Source: Octopus bimaculoides
Taxonomy: Eukaryota
NCBI RefSeq assembly: GCF_001194135.2
Contig: NC_068985.1
Location: 115,379,548 to 115,427,337, forward strand
Length of the DNA: 47,790 nt
Reading direction: 5' to 3'
In this document: piece by piece, positions 34,881-47,445 of the stretch
Layout: each line of letters begins with the position of its first letter
Numbering within the stretch: position 1 is the first letter of the stretch
Made by a program: the position numbers and the translations under genes
Notes under the pieces: generated by a model
Told to the model about the DNA's origin: nothing
Databases searched by the model: none
What the model saw: the letters and a program-made list of their open reading frames with translations, nothing else

Positions 34881-35769
34881 ATATTGTAAACAAAAACTTA
34901 TGAGCATAAAAAAAAAATTATACATTAATCCCTATTTTTGTAAGCACTTGTATGTACATAGTATTTTAAAAATTTTCGTATGCAATATAAATCAACCAAA
35001 TAGAAGCCCATGTATGACCTGCTAATCTAATGGTCAATTCCATAATAATTATTATAGAGAAATTTCTTAATATATATATATATATTAAGCACATATATTA
35101 AATGTTAATTTAAGGGTAAATATATAACTGTAAATACCTTGCAACCTTGCAAATGCTGCGATAATTATTAACTGGTAATTGGATGGTAAATGTGTATTGT
35201 TATATACCTTGGACCACCCACTTCGTTGTTTTTGTCAAGAGTTTCAACTCCAGCCGTTCTTTATGTCAATGAACACATACACTGACACACCATTCTGCTG
35301 TGGTGGCGACACGTAATGTTGTTCACATTTGGATGTAAATTATTCATTTATTTCAAATATAGTTGAAATAAGATAATCCTAATGTTATCACATTAGAATT
35401 AAACGTGAAGGAATGAAAGTGAAACACTATTATAGCTTTATCAAATTATAGATGATAAGCAGCTTTCTTTATTATAGTACAAATGTGACTAATTTGGTGG
35501 AACATTATATTCATGATTGAAACATCGTCACTCTCGTAATGCATCACTTTGTCATTTTGGTTGAAATTGAAAGTATGAAACTATTTCCACTTTTTAATGA
35601 AAGCTGGTCGTTTTAGAGCAGTGTCTTTCAAATAACTATAGCTGGTTGTTGAGAGAACGTAGAATATATGAAAATGAAAACAGTTCATTCTGTAGCCAAA
35701 AAATTGCTGAATATTTTGATATCCCATACGTCAAAATGGGCCACCCTATTTTGGAATACATAGGGAACA

Positions 35770-35793
35770 TACGCACGCGCGCCCCCACACACG

Positions 35794-35825
<32 letters not shown>

Positions 35826-36244
35826 GTCTCTCTCTCTCTCTCTCTCTCTCACGTTTAGAACATACATAAGGTATGAAACATCAGCATTTCTCTGTCACCT
35901 GCTATCCCTGTCTTTCATCTTCTATAGAAACTTCTGTCCTGTCTCTGTTTCTTTCACTTGCCTCTCTGTCTTTTCCTCATTTTGTGGTTCTTCCGCTCAT
36001 TCCCTAAAAAATCTATTTGGAGAGAGCAGAAATCGAAAGAGAAAGCGAAGAGAACAGAAAGAAAGAAAGTGAAGGAGAAAGTGAAAAATATATGGATGTG
36101 TATATGAAATGGACGTGTGTGTGTGTGTGTATGTGTGCGTGCGTGCATGGGAATGTGTGTGAGAGAGAGAGAGAAAGAGAGAGATAGAGTGAGTGAGTGA
36201 AAGTGTGTGTTGATGATTGATGTCTTTCAAGGTTTTCGAATACA

Positions 36245-36278
<34 letters not shown>

Positions 36279-36316
36279 CATACATATATATATATACATA
36301 TATATATATATGCATG

Positions 36317-36350
<34 letters not shown>

Positions 36351-36601
36351 TACATACATATATATANNNNNNNNNNNNNNNNNNNNNNNNNNNNNNNNNN
36401 NNNNNNNNNNNNNNNNNNNNNNNNNNNNNNNNNNNNNNNNNNNNNNNNNNNNNNNNNNNNNNNNNNNNNNNNNNNNNNNNNNNNNNNNNNNNNNNNNNNN
36501 NNNNNNNNNNNNNNNNNNNNNNNNNNNNNNNNNNNNNNNNNNNNNNNNNNNNNNNNNNNNNNNNNNNNNNNNNNNNNNNNNNNNNNNNNNNNNNNNNNNN
36601 N

Positions 36602-36635
<34 letters not shown>
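35770..36635. repeat. CA/CT/GA/TACA/TA microsatellite field around gap 36367-36601
   Basis: Read directly from the sequence. Confidence 0.85.
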
Positions 36636-36636
<1 letters not shown>

Positions 36637-36906
36637 TAGGACAGACTTCTTTCAAACTGAAAGTATGATCTCACATTACAATAGTGACGTAATACTGAAA
36701 TAGTGTAAGAGATAAGAAGTTGCTCTGGGCTCGCATTACGCAATAAATTGAAAAGTCTTTGGCCCAAGACACTGTATGGACCCTATGTAAGGCATGTGTA
36801 AAATTGGAATGAAATCGGTTGTGTAGTTCTCGATTTTTAGGGATTCACACACACATTCTCATCTTTATATATATACATACTTACATACGTACCTATATAT
36901 ACGTAT

Positions 36907-36944
<38 letters not shown>

Positions 36945-37564
36945 TCATACGCATATGCACGGCAATGACAGAAATAGACACCCTTACAATCGTTAAAATA
37001 TACTTAAATCTAAAATTATACGTTTAAATTATTTAGTAATTGTTATGATGTGAATATCTAATATTCAGTTGACACACCTTCGCGTTTTTCAATGCCAGGA
37101 CCTTATTAGTCTCTTTGGGAGTTTCTTGCCAAGTTTCATGCAGTAACCTCGAATGATCTGGCTCTGAGGATGTTCTTTTTACGAAGTGTCCTGGCCATTA
37201 TTCCTCAGAGTGTATCTAATTTGTTTTATCCGTACCTCTCTAACCGCACAACTGCATACCTCTTATTGCTTTTCTTTATCTTGTGGAATCGATCCCCTGT
37301 AAAGACATCAGAGTCTAAATATGAATCTTTTAAGCACTACAAATAATCTCGGAGGTGTGTATATATATATATATCACTTCACTGTGTACCTGTCATTTTT
37401 TTCTCCCTCCTCTCTTCCTACGTGACCGGCGTTCGGCTAAGCCCGATCTTTATTTCTTGGCCAGCCTTTGTGTGAGCAACATCGATATTCCTCCCTGTGC
37501 CTGTGAAATCTTGAATCCCTGCCGTAAGGCTCTATTTCCACACATGCCAGTTTAATTTAATTCA

Positions 37565-37895
37565 TTCTTAGTCGAAAGACACCTGTTGTTATGTTCTGTT
37601 ATTATTTTTATTGTATTTGTGTAACATTGTTCGTTTTTTAAGACCTTGTTATTTTGTATACATTCGCTGCTTTATTCGAAGGGATCTGATGCTCTTAGCT
37701 TAGTTTTTCCTTGGGGCTGGCCAGATTGGAGCAATATCGAGAATAACGAGCCAACATTGCAAGGATAATCTGGATCTCGATTGAGGAAAGAAAACTCCGA
37801 ATGACCTGTCCTTGTTTTCTTTGCATCGTCTGTCTGGATGTTTTGTCCCTTTCTTGTATCAGCTAACTGTCTGGATGTCTTGCGTTCTCGTCCCA
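37565..37895. mobile_element. Unclassified dispersed-repeat-like segment (possible retroelement terminal region)
   Basis: Composition and motifs resemble repeats I recall from Octopus and loosely resemble 47485-47710. No coding motif. Confidence 0.25.
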
Positions 37896-38098
37896 NNNNN
37901 NNNNNNNNNNNNNNNNNNNNNNNNNNNNNNNNNNNNNNNNNNNNNNNNNNNNNNNNNNNNNNNNNNNNNNNNNNNNNNNNNNNNNNNNNNNNNNNNNNNN
38001 NNNNNNNNNNNNNNNNNNNNNNNNNNNNNNNNNNNNNNNNNNNNNNNNNNNNNNNNNNNNNNNNNNNNNNNNNNNNNNNNNNNNNNNNNNNNNNNNNN

Positions 38099-38237
38099 TA
38101 TATATATATGTATGTATGTATTTATGTATGTATGTACGTGTGTGTATAGATATAGATATATACATACATACACACATATCTATGTATATTCTTTTATTAT
38201 TTTATGGTCGTGGCCATGCTGTTGGCACTGCAAGTAA

Positions 38238-38281
<44 letters not shown>

Positions 38282-38291
38282 NNNNNNNNNN

Positions 38292-38324
<33 letters not shown>

Positions 38325-38419
38325 GGGAGACAGATAGACAGACGGAAAGAGAAATTTTGATAGATTGATAAATAGATATGTAGGTAAATAGACAGATAGA
38401 TAGACAAATAGATAGACAA

Positions 38420-38471
<52 letters not shown>

Positions 38472-38560
38472 GTAGCGAGATAAATACGTATACATACTTG
38501 CATACACATACCTGTATGCATAGGTACAAACACATGTACACGTACACTCTCTTTATCTAT
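38099..38560. repeat. TA/CA/(GATA)n microsatellite field
   Basis: Read directly from the sequence. Confidence 0.9.
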
Positions 38561-38859
38561 AGCTTTATCTAAATATATTCCTCTATTCCATCGCATTTTA
38601 CTATGTGCGTGTTCGTTTTCGTCTAATCATTCTCCCCCGTCTATTACTCTGCTCTTATTTTAATTCAGTATATCAGTATGAACGCTCACGAATGTTATAC
38701 CGGTTCATTAGTGTTAGCGTGCATCGGATTTGCGTAGATCTGTTCGTTAATTGTTTGCTTTATCTAAGTATTGTTCTGATATAATGGTGTGATTATTTCC
38801 AATTGCAATGATGCAATATTTACATGTGTTATAATCCTTGCAGTATTGAAGTATTAGCA

Positions 38860-39597
38860 TGTTGTGGTGGTAGTAGTAGGAGATGCAGGGTAAAAGGAGG
38901 GCTGGTTATGGGTGTGGTAGTTGTGGTGGTGTAGACGGTGGTAGTTGTAGTGATGGTCATGCTTGTGGTTTTGTGCGTTGCTGATGTTGTTTTTGTTGTT
39001 GATTGCAGTTCAGGAACAAGTATTAGCAATGAACGCAACGAATCAGATAACTGCAGCAACAATAGCATAGCTGCGAGAATACTGCATTATAACACCGAGA
39101 AAACCAGCAACAACAACAACAGCAACAGCAACAACAACTACCACAAAAAAACATCAACAATAACGAAAGCAACTACAGGAGATGCAGTAGTATTAGTTGT
39201 TGTAATAGTGGTGTCAGTGGTGGTGGTGGTGGTGGTGGTGGTGGTGGTNNNNNNNNNNNNNNNNNNNNNNNNNNNNNNNNNNNNNNNNNNNNNNNNNNNN
39301 NNNNNNNNNNNNNNNNNNNNNNNNNNNNNNNNNNNNNNNNNNNNNNNNNNNNNNNNNNNNNNNNNNNNNNNNNNNNNNNNNNNNNNNNNNNNNNNNNNNN
39401 NNNNNNNNNNNNNNNNNNNNNNNNNNNNNNNNNNNNNNNNNNNNNNNNNNNNNNNNNNNNNNNNNNNNNNNNNNNNNNNNNNNNNNNNNNNNNNNNNNNN
39501 NNNNNNNNNNNNNNNNNNNNNNNNNNNNNNNNNNNNNNNNNNNNNNNNNNNNNNNNNNNNNNNNNNNNNNNNNNNNNNNNNNNNNNNNNNNNNNNNN

Positions 39598-39644
<47 letters not shown>

Positions 39645-39720
39645 GTAAGGGTAATCACATGCATATGCATATAAATACACTCACACACACACATTCACAC
39701 ACACACATGTATGCATGCTC
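38860..39720. repeat. Degenerate GTG/GTT/AAC trinucleotide field plus (TA)n around gap 39249-39597
   Basis: Read directly from the sequence. Confidence 0.8.
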
Positions 39721-40131
39721 TCGATTAGTAGAAGCGCTAGTGTACTGAATAGTATAGTTTGCTGTATTATTTCTGGCTACATTCGTTCTGCGTTCAAATC
39801 CTGTTTCAATTTTCGGGGTTAAAGAATAAAGTACCTCTTAAGTGGTGAGTCATTTTTCCTCTGTTTCTCTCTCTCTCCATCTAACTGTCTATCTAATTAC
39901 CGGATAACGGACGGATTTCTCCAGGTAAGAATTGGCTGAGACACACAATATACTATGATGATATTCCTATTTTTAATTCTTGAGATTATCTTCCTTTTCC
40001 ATTGGGGACTGTTCCAAATTCGACCAAACGAGTGTTCTACATTCTCAGTAATTGATGGTAATCTTGCATGACTTTATGAATTATTGTCGTCGCCGAAATA
40101 TGTTCGGGTTCGCTCCCCTGCTTTTAATATA

Positions 40132-40258
40132 CAGGGTATCCACAAGGTCTGGGTACATGGAGTAAATAAAATCATAACATAAACAATTAAATATAAGAAA
40201 TAATAATTACATTAAGTATGTGTTAATCCCCATGTACCCCGACTTTGTGGACACTCTG
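40132..40258. mobile_element. 127-bp Tc1/mariner-type MITE flanked by TA
   Basis: TA|cagggtatccacaaggtctgggtacatgg ... ccatgtaccccgactttgtggacactctg|TA. The TIRs match at 25/29. Confidence 0.85.
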
Positions 40259-40417
40259 TATATCGGTGTGCAGGATGCATCTTTAACCAGCTAGAGGAGG
40301 CGTCCACCTGGGGTTAAAAACGGTAGTAACGTCGGTTCCTACGGAACAGCTATGTTGAAATAGCGATAAACATGGCTTCGCAGTATAGTTACCACTTTCA
40401 TTTCTTACAGAGATTTT

Positions 40418-40640
40418 CTAACTAGCTATTTACCCATCTGAGACTGTCCCTGGTTCTGTGATGTAAACATTCCGTTTCATAGGGGCATAAATCAAAACCT
40501 TTCAACTAAGTTTCGTGTAAATTTATATTCCAAATCGCAGTTCGATAATGACAGTTATTTCACTACATTCTTCTTCATTTATGAAAGTGATTGACGGAAG
40601 AACAGTGTTTTTCAATAGAAATATGTTTAAAAAAGATTAA
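40418..40640. mobile_element. ~220-bp MITE-like repeat ending in TTAA (piggyBac-like, tentative)
   Basis: Colinear similarity to 46341-46558 (aaaac.tt.ca..., ataa.gaca..., gaaatatg...aaa.a.ttaa). Confidence 0.5.
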
Positions 40641-40669
40641 AATCGTCAAAATTTCGTTCATCTTTAAAG

Positions 40670-40882
40670 CAACGAGCTGGCAAAAACGTTATCACACAGG
40701 GTGAAATGCTTAGCGTTATTTCGTCTGTCTTTACGTTCTGAGTTCAAATTCCTCCTATGTCGACTTTACCTTTCGGGGTCGATAAATTAAGCACCAGCTG
40801 CGTACTGATGTCGATCTAATCGACTGCCCCCCACCAAAAAAAAAAAAAATTCGGGCCTTGTGCCTAGAGTAGAAAAGAATAT
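40670..40882 (+). mobile_element. SINE family C
   Basis: aaagcaacgagctggcaaaaacgtt...gtcgataaattaagcaccag...ccttgtgcctagagtagaaaagaatatt. Confidence 0.9.
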
Positions 40883-41706
40883 TCCACACATCTTCGTTTT
40901 TCTCTGTATTCCTTTCATCCTTTCTTTGATTTTGCTGACAAAAAAAACAAAAACAAAAGAAAAACAAAAAAAAAAACAAAAAAACACTTGCTCTCTGTAC
41001 ATACCATAAATTTAACCTTGAAGAGTGACACCTTTCTCTTGCGCTAAACTCTGTAAGATTACGTGTAAAACTTTATTCCAACTATAAATGGTTTATGGTT
41101 TTTTTCTGCTTCTAGTTTATTTGTTATTGAATTAGAACAAAGTTTAAACATCTTAAATTCTAGTTTAACAATGTACGACTGATTTTGTATTTGCCCAACT
41201 CTGATGTTGCCACCGTTTGTTCCTACATGCAAGAACACCATGCAAGATATGACATCACTAATCTGGCGCACTGCATGTGAGAATGCACAGTGTAATCCTT
41301 AATAAGATTGATGAATGGTATGGAGTAATGGATAAGTGGACTGCACAGAGATGATTAATTAAATAAGTAATTAATGTACCCGTTTTTGTTCGATCATAGC
41401 TGACCTGATTTGGATCAAAAAGATATCAATATTTTGTTGCTTCTGTCACGTGCTCATGATTTACATGATTGACAGAGATGTTAAATATCTCAATTAATAT
41501 TAAGAGAAACATACTTTTAATTTTCTAAACGCTATTGAAAGTAAGTATGGGATTTTTTTTAATTATTTAACTGTTTGAACATATTAATTTTTTTAGCCTA
41601 CCACACAGCGAAAGTAAATGTTTGCAGTATCAAAGGGTTTGCTATTAAATCAACAGAATCATGTCAAACTTTTAATGCAAGTCCGGGGCATATCTCGATT
41701 TAGGCT

Positions 41707-41985
41707 AGGCTGTGTGGTTAAGGAGCTTGCTTTGCAACCGCGAGATTTAGGGATCAGTCTCACAGCGCGATACTTTGGGTAAGTGTTCTTGAGCAAAACA
41801 CTCCGTCTCACCTAGCTCTGTGATCACTTCGATACCTGACGCGTGGTACATCGTGCACCTGTTCAGGTAACGTCGATTTGATAGAGAGAGCAAAGCATAT
41901 ACTTTAGAGCATTATAAAGAAATCATTTGTGCAGGTCGCTCGGCACAGGCTGAATGCTCTTACGTCGTCTTCGACGGGAGGGCCA
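41707..41985 (+). mobile_element. Chimeric SINE: family A-type head joined to a family E-type body
   Basis: 41707-41790 matches the family A head; 41790-41960 matches 30780-30885. Confidence 0.55.
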
Positions 41986-42265
41986 ATCGTGTGTGTGTGT
42001 GTGTGTGTGTGTGTACAAATATGTGACTTTAAACTGCGTCTGTAAAAGGAGCTCTGGTTCGGACAGGAATTTCAGGGTTCTAAGGAGTGTAAAACCATCT
42101 CTTAGTCATTATTGTTCTCAGGTTTACTCAGACCCGGAGTAGCAGGACCTGTCAGAATCTCAGCCACAGGTTAACTAGCTTACGTGATGATAATTCATCT
42201 GAGCGCGGACGCAGTAATACCATTGGTTGGTGTCAGGATGGGCACTAAAATATATATATATATAT

Positions 42266-42320
<55 letters not shown>

Positions 42321-42354
42321 TGCGCTCGCATGTGTATGCACTCACACACACAGG

Positions 42355-42522
42355 TATGTAGGGCTTCCACACAGTTTTTTTCTATCAAATTCACACACAA
42401 TTCATTCGTCGGCTCGGAGGTATAGCAGAATACAATTGCTCAATGTGACACGCAGTGAGACTAAATCCGAAATTACGTGGCTGCAAAGCGAGCTTATCAC
42501 CAACACAGCCAAGCCTGCGCCT
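42355..42522 (-). mobile_element. SINE family A, head/body half following a TA/GA/CA tract
   Basis: gggcttccacacagttttttctatcaaattcac...ccaacacagccaagcctgcgccta. Confidence 0.8.
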
Positions 42523-43559
42523 ATATCATTAAAGATTGAAAAAAAAATCTGTAAAATCAAATGATTGGGATATCCATAACTGCAAGGCTTTTTAACACGA
42601 AGCTGCTATATTCATGAATAGTCTCATGCAAAATATCGGCAAGAAGACTATGTCGGAAATGGTCCTCTTCCGGAACCACTGTGTAAATGTAGACTTAATA
42701 CTTGAATATACAAAATGAGATGTGGTTATTTGTCTAGATTCTAGACATTAGATGAATAAAATATATTTACTATCGTTTCTGGGGAATGTGTAATGCATTT
42801 CATTTCTGGTTACAAAACTATTTTGATACAAATACATCTCATTCACCGACGTACAAACACGCATTCGCACTTACGAATGCATGTACGTATGCATGTATAT
42901 GTGTTGTGTGTAAAGTCTGTATACAGAAGAATGCCATCGTGTATTCAAACTATGAATTACAGCTGTCCAAATACACGCATATAAAAACTGCCCAATAAAA
43001 TAAGAAACAATGAAAAATGTACTTAAAATATTCCGGAAGAAATTGATTGAACGACGAAATACACACAACTGTGGGCGAAGAAAATATAGAAGCGGAAATT
43101 CTACGGTTAAAGAAATATATCGATAAATCAGCGAGTAAGAAATGTTTGTTAAACAATGCATACTCAGCTCAGCTTTTGATAATATATAGACATTTCTTTC
43201 ACGACTAGTTAGACACGGCAAGCTCTACAAAGGAAAAATAACTCTATCCATTCAGGAAGATAAAATTTCCCATCTCTTATAGCTAAAATACTCAGTCTAG
43301 ATAAAATTACACACATCAAGCCCGTGATAACTCATATTTACCAGCAAAATATGACTGATGGAAAAAAAAATATTGAAATCGAATTATTCTACGAAGATCC
43401 AGACAAATTCAAAAGATAAAATTATTATAAACATGGAATATTAACTTAAAAACATTTACCGCGGTGTACGTAATAAAAACGTAGACACCAATATCGCAAT
43501 TTTAGTGTGAATCGACAATTTATATTTTCGACATGTGCATTCCATTCCACTCCGTCATA

Positions 43560-44300
43560 TGTATCCTTTTCTTTTTGCCTTTGTTTTAAAGCTCTTGGAG
43601 AGTACATCCAGCGTCTTTTAGCAATTGGTTGATGTAGATTTTTTCGTTGGTCTCCGTTTATAATGTGAAGGTTACAACAGACGAACTTCAGTTACTAGCT
43701 CCCTTTTTTACACGAGCAGTGACCAATAAATCTCAGCCTGTGATTTTGTATTGTCTCTGTGATTGTGACATGCCTTCTTGTAGCACTTTATTAGTCACGT
43801 ATTGACGTCGTTCGATATTTAGTACAGCACGGAGCATTATGGTGTACGTGCCATTTAGTGCTTTTCTCATGAGAGCAGCAAGCGTCTATGTTACCGAACC
43901 ATAAACGAAAATTTATTCAGCTACAGATGTAAAGTAGTCTGTTTTAGTTTTTTGATGGAAGATTAGATGTCCATGTCTTATCCAAACAGTTAAGCGCTTT
44001 GCTTGTTTAACTAATCTTGATTTCCATGTCACGATTAGATTTTGAGATTTGACCTTCAAAATAGTTGTAGTTCCCTATGCACTTTATGGTACTAGCTTTT
44101 AGTTCTATGTTGGTTCTAACAGATATATCATGTTTTAGCAGTGTTGATATATCGTCCGATTCCACGGGTATTGTTCCCTAAATAATGCAATGGGATATTG
44201 GCATCTTTCATATAATCATTGATTATTACCAGGTCCTTGATATAGTTTATTTTTGTAATGAAAGAAGAAACTGCCAGAACCTGTACATGATTTTGATATA
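43560..44300 (-). pseudogene. RTE-clade LINE remnant (late RT domain to C-terminus)
   Basis: KDLVII.D..KDANI.LH.L....RGIGRYINTAKT; YFEGQIS...DMEIKI...KALNCLDKTWTSNL; IFVYGSVT*TL; LNGTYTIMLRAVLNI; HRLRFIGHC; IYINQLLKDAG. Multiple stops and frameshifts. Confidence 0.85.
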
Positions 44301-44377
44301 AAAAAACAACATAGATTGAGGAAACAGTGAAAAATTTATGAGTAGCCACCGATAAAGGTATCTTCAATCTTTTATGT

Positions 44378-44576
44378 TTTACTTGTTTCAGTCGTTAGAC
44401 TGCGGCCATGCTACGGCATGACCTTGAAACTTTAGTGGAAATGAATCAACCTCAGTACTTATTCTATCGGTCTTATTTGCCGAACTCATAAGTTATGGGG
44501 ACGTAAACAATCCAACACCGGTTGTCAAGTGGTGATGGGGACAAACACAGACAGAGATGCATACACACACACACAC

Positions 44577-44613
<37 letters not shown>

Positions 44614-45335
44614 AATTTAATGTTTCTATTAGTTATTGGTAATTTTACATTATAGCTTATAAGGGTAATATATATTAAAAGTTTGTAGTGTTTTTATTAT
44701 TAACTTTTGAATTATTAGATAATGTACTTCACTCATTATCATTATATTATTCGTTAAATTAAATTCAATCGTGTTTTGTTTCGGAGGGAATTGAAATAAA
44801 GCTTTCACTTTCTTTTATTAAAGTAGTAACTACGGAGGATTGGTGTGATTATTATTGGTCGCTATTTAGGTTTACTATTTATACCGATACGGATGTACAT
44901 AGATTTATGTGTTTCATGTTGAGGTTTAATTTTAAAGTTAGTGTTTAATTCTGCCTATCTTTAGATTGAATACTGTTGAAAGTATGGGTTTTTTTTTGTA
45001 TGTTTGTTCCCAAACAGCACTTGTTTTAGTGCTGTTGACACAGTCGGATTGAATGATACTGCCCAGCTTTCGAAACCATAGTGATATCCGGGGAGCAGCT
45101 GATGATGGAGGCGTGTTGGATTGTTGGTATAGCTGTTTTTGCATATATGGAATAGGGTTATGATACACCTTGTGGATATATATATATATACGACGGGCTT
45201 CTTTCAGTTTCCGTCTACCAAATCCACTCACAAGGCTTTGGTTGGCCCGAGGCTGTAAGTGAAGACACTTGCCCAAATGAACCCGGAACCAGGTGGTTGG
45301 GAAGTAAGCTTCTTACCGCACAGCAACTCCTGTGT
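44378..45335 (-). mobile_element. SINE family A halves (tail 44378-44560, head 45185-45335) flanking ~570 bp of other sequence
   Basis: Both halves match family A in the same orientation. The interior is (CA)n, a unique segment, then (TA)n. Confidence 0.6.
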
Positions 45336-45934
45336 CTATGTAGAGAAATATCTATAATTTACTCAGCGACAAAAGCAAACATATATAAAGATTCCGGAAG
45401 ATAATATATCCAGTTAAAATAATTAAACTGGGTAAATTAATTACAACAATGGTTTCTAATTTGTGCACGATTCAAGCTACTCCAAAACCGAGGAAGTATT
45501 CGGTATAATAGACTCCCCAGTGTTTTAGATGGTACTTCATTTTTGCAATCATTAGTTAGTTGGTTAGTTAATTAGTTAGTTACTGTCCAATCTGTGTCCA
45601 ATCTTCTCCAACCTGTAGGAGTATGATGGCAACCAGTAAAACCGTTCACAAACGTCTACCGGTAAGTGACATTTTCATAGGAAAAACTCATATCAAGCGC
45701 TGGTACACAGAACCTTAGCTAACATACTGAAAAAAATAATTGATGTACTGTACAGCTGCAGAATCCTTTCATTAGTCACAAAGGCACATTATATGAGTAA
45801 AACATGGCTTTCATTTCCACGTCTGAATATTTCTACATAATCAGGGTAAAAGATTAATTGGCATCAAGAATTAACAATATCCGTAAATGACATGCATTGA
45901 GTGAATGGTCAATGTACCCATTGTAAACTATATA

Positions 45935-46132
45935 AGGCAGCGAGCTGGCATATTCGTCAGCACATCGGACAAAATGCTTCGCAGTATTTCTTAGGGCTCT
46001 TTTACGCTTTGAGCTCAAATCTTACCGTGGTCAACTTTGCTTTTCATCCTACCAGAATCGATGAAATAAATACCAGTTGAGCATTAGGGGTGATGTAATC
46101 GACTTCCCCCACCCACAAAACTGTTGGCCTTG
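45935..46132 (+). mobile_element. SINE family C
   Basis: aaggcagcgagctggcatattcgt...tttcatcct...gatgaaataaataccagttgagcatt...gatgtaatcgact. Confidence 0.85.
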
Positions 46133-46340
46133 AACACCCTTGGACCGGGGTCATGTTCAGAGGAAATGTTCTGATGTCGGTCACTTATACATCATGGAAT
46201 ACTGTTACTTGCCTTATGAGACTTAGGTCAGGAAATAGTACGTATTGGAGTCACAGTAATTAAGAATGCATTAATTCTCCTGACAGAATGTAAAACAGAA
46301 TATAAAGGATTAAAATTTCCAATCCCATATTAAATCAGAT

Positions 46341-46558
46341 TTATCCGATTTGATGCCAATCCACCGCCCTTGGAACTCCTACTCAAACTATTTGTTACAA
46401 TGTGATCTGAACTGAAAACTTTCATCATAATTTCATGTCATGCTCCGAGTACGAGCTTAATAACGACAAAGTTATATTAGTAAATACTTCATTATTTTCA
46501 AAATATATTGAAAAAAGATAGAGCACTTCGACTGAAATATGGTGACAAAAAGAGTTAA
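46341..46558. mobile_element. Second copy of the ~220-bp TTAA-ended MITE-like repeat
   Basis: Similar to 40418-40640; ends aaaaagagttaa. Confidence 0.5.
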
Positions 46559-47111
46559 CGACTCCAAAGAGGAGAAATTTTGTAGTAGAAATTCTAGTTC
46601 TAAGTAAAAGATTTTAGGAAATTCTGGATTTCAGTTTTTTTTCTTGGTTAACGCCTTATACAGTGGACACAATATTTTTGTCCCTAAAATTAAAGACCTT
46701 GAAAACTACAACAGACCGGCTTCCCATTAAGAGAACTGAATAAAACAAACAATTGCTAAGAGCATGTGTTTTTATTAAAGCAAACAGAGCCAGCCATAGA
46801 AACAATGCAGAAGAATACAACAGAACAAATACAGCAGGTATCAGGCCTATTGTAAATATACAAACCACATAGAAATTGTATTGTATGTATCTTATATATT
46901 GCACAGAATAGTTTAAAAAAACATTTTCAAACTTTCGTTAAACAGAATACACGCACTAATGCTATTTTTTTTCCTGTTACAGTGCCTATATGCCCAAATA
47001 TCAGACTATTTCTGTAGTCTAGTCGATTTAAGGTAAAAGCACATAATTTTACCTAAACAGTTACACTCGCGCCGTCCCCTAATTCAGGCACAATCCATCT
47101 TTCATCTTTTA

Positions 47112-47445
47112 ACATTTACTTGTTTCAGGCATTAACTGCAGGCATTCTGGGGCACAGCCTTGAAGAAGATTGTAGTCGAACCAATCGACGCTAGTATACA
47201 TTTTTTGCTAAACATGTTACTTATTCTATCGGTCTCGTGTGGCGACAGCGAAACTATGGGAACGTAAACACACACACTCACACACACACATACACACAAA
47301 CACGATAGGCTTCTTTCAATCTGTATCTACTGAATCCACTCAAAAGGCTTTTCTCAAAATGAGTCTATAGCTGAAGAAACTTGCCGAAAGTGCCACGCAG
47401 TGTGACTGAGCGCAGAAGCATGCAGGTTCCTTATCACACGCCACG
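47112..47445 (-). mobile_element. SINE family A, decayed, short internal (CA)n
   Basis: Tail ttacttgtttcag...ttattctatcggtc; body ggcttctttcaatctgtatctactgaatccactc...gtgccacgcag. Confidence 0.75.

Larger units (their letters stand above)
522..39597. other. 19 assembly gaps (N runs, ~5.9 kb total), most bordered by microsatellites
   Basis: 522-1054, 2238-2626, 7333-7814, 9049-9335, 10248-10750, 11002-11011, 11683-12426, 13504-13647, 17787-17796, 19078-19875, 20692-20934, 23397-23406, 27266-27301, 30062-30499, 33460-33950, 36367-36601, 37896-38098, 38282-38291, 39249-39597. Confidence 0.98.

Noticed and set aside
37260-37296. Possible 37-nt minus-strand exon (tctttacag|...AAGAG|GTATGC), DRFHKIKKSNK
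   Set aside because: Good splice motifs but no partner exon or homology, it lies among repeat-like sequence, and it is on the opposite strand to the 45619 candidate.
37780-37812. Hammerhead-like ttgaggaaagaaaactccgaatgacctgtc
   Set aside because: Core is altered at both CUGA and GAAA, and the flanks cannot form stem I.
307-39694. Dozens of 100-370 aa ORFs in the track (YIYI, HTHT, CVCV, X-filled)
   Set aside because: They are translations of microsatellites and N runs, open on both strands and in several frames.
41180-41271. VFLHVGTN resembling the SGNH esterase block of CR1/L2 ORF1
   Set aside because: Five-residue match only; the conserved D after GTN and the other blocks are missing.
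43200-43430. Protein-like frames (LIAKILSLDKITHIKP...) possibly from a LINE ORF1
   Set aside because: Not assignable to any family from the sequence alone.
4083-46132. tRNA genes suggested by A/B boxes and cloverleaf-like heads
   Set aside because: All are SINE heads followed by SINE bodies, without a complete acceptor stem or oligo-T terminator.
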